A stretch of DNA of 64,000 nt from Batkoa obscura (lineage: Eukaryota), in assembly GCA_030770535.1 (NCBI GenBank), contig JASVEC010000025.1:310001-374000 (forward strand), read 5' to 3'. Position numbers and translations under genes: made by a program. The stretch's first letter is position 1. Each line of letters starts with the position of its first letter. The notes under the pieces are model-generated. The model saw only the letters and a program-made list of their open reading frames with translations. It was not told the origin of the DNA and did no database searches. Below are positions 63,915 through 64,000 of the stretch, one piece after another.

Positions 63915-64000
63915 GTGAGGGTATTTTTTTTGACTTCATTATTTTTTCCATTTTTTAAGCACTATTTGAGCGGAAAGATTGTTAGTAAAATTCTTAAACA
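63915..64000 (-). mobile_element. Mini-MITE family A, copy 11 (cut by the window edge)
   Basis: ATAT then GTGAGGGTATTTTTTTTGACTTCATT...GAGCGGAAAGATTGTTAG. Confidence 0.85.

Noticed and set aside
3959..64000. The 99-bp repeats as a CRISPR array, tRNA-derived SINE or introner
   Set aside because: They are dispersed in both orientations with TIRs and TSDs; no regular spacers, A/B boxes, poly(A) tail or splice-site termini

Overview
Very AT-rich, intron-containing eukaryotic genomic DNA with short GT-AG introns. The gene content fits an early-diverging fungus, most plausibly Entomophthoromycotina such as Conidiobolus/Neoconidiobolus (inference, not verified). It holds about 22 intact genes: ERG8 (partial), a TPT/SLC35E transporter, COQ4, SDH3, two intronless class A-like 7TM receptors, SND2, ORC5, a PNPOx-like protein, a long-chain acyl-CoA synthetase, MSS4, a neurochondrin-like protein, a secreted S41 peptidase, a DDX42-like helicase, GGPP synthase, a Thr-rich secreted protein, RAD18, HNT1, CTP1, a PQ-loop transporter, RSE1, an AhpD-like protein, PMR1 and RRP1. 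Accessory tracts contain decayed paralogs: two lipase-3 pseudogenes, a Thr-rich protein pseudogene inside a segmental duplication, and a small secreted protein pseudogene. Main observations: (1) a textbook U12-type AT-AC minor-spliceosome intron in RAD18; (2) a ~99-bp GGGG..CCCC mini-MITE with 11 copies, whose ATAT target duplication is supported by three reconstructable empty sites, plus a related ~270-bp MITE family; (3) a 5'-truncated LINE-like insertion with an 11-bp TSD; (4) recurrent Trp/Gln-to-stop transitions confined to duplicated or mobile DNA. All calls come from reading the sequence; no database searches were run, and exon boundaries are manual estimates.
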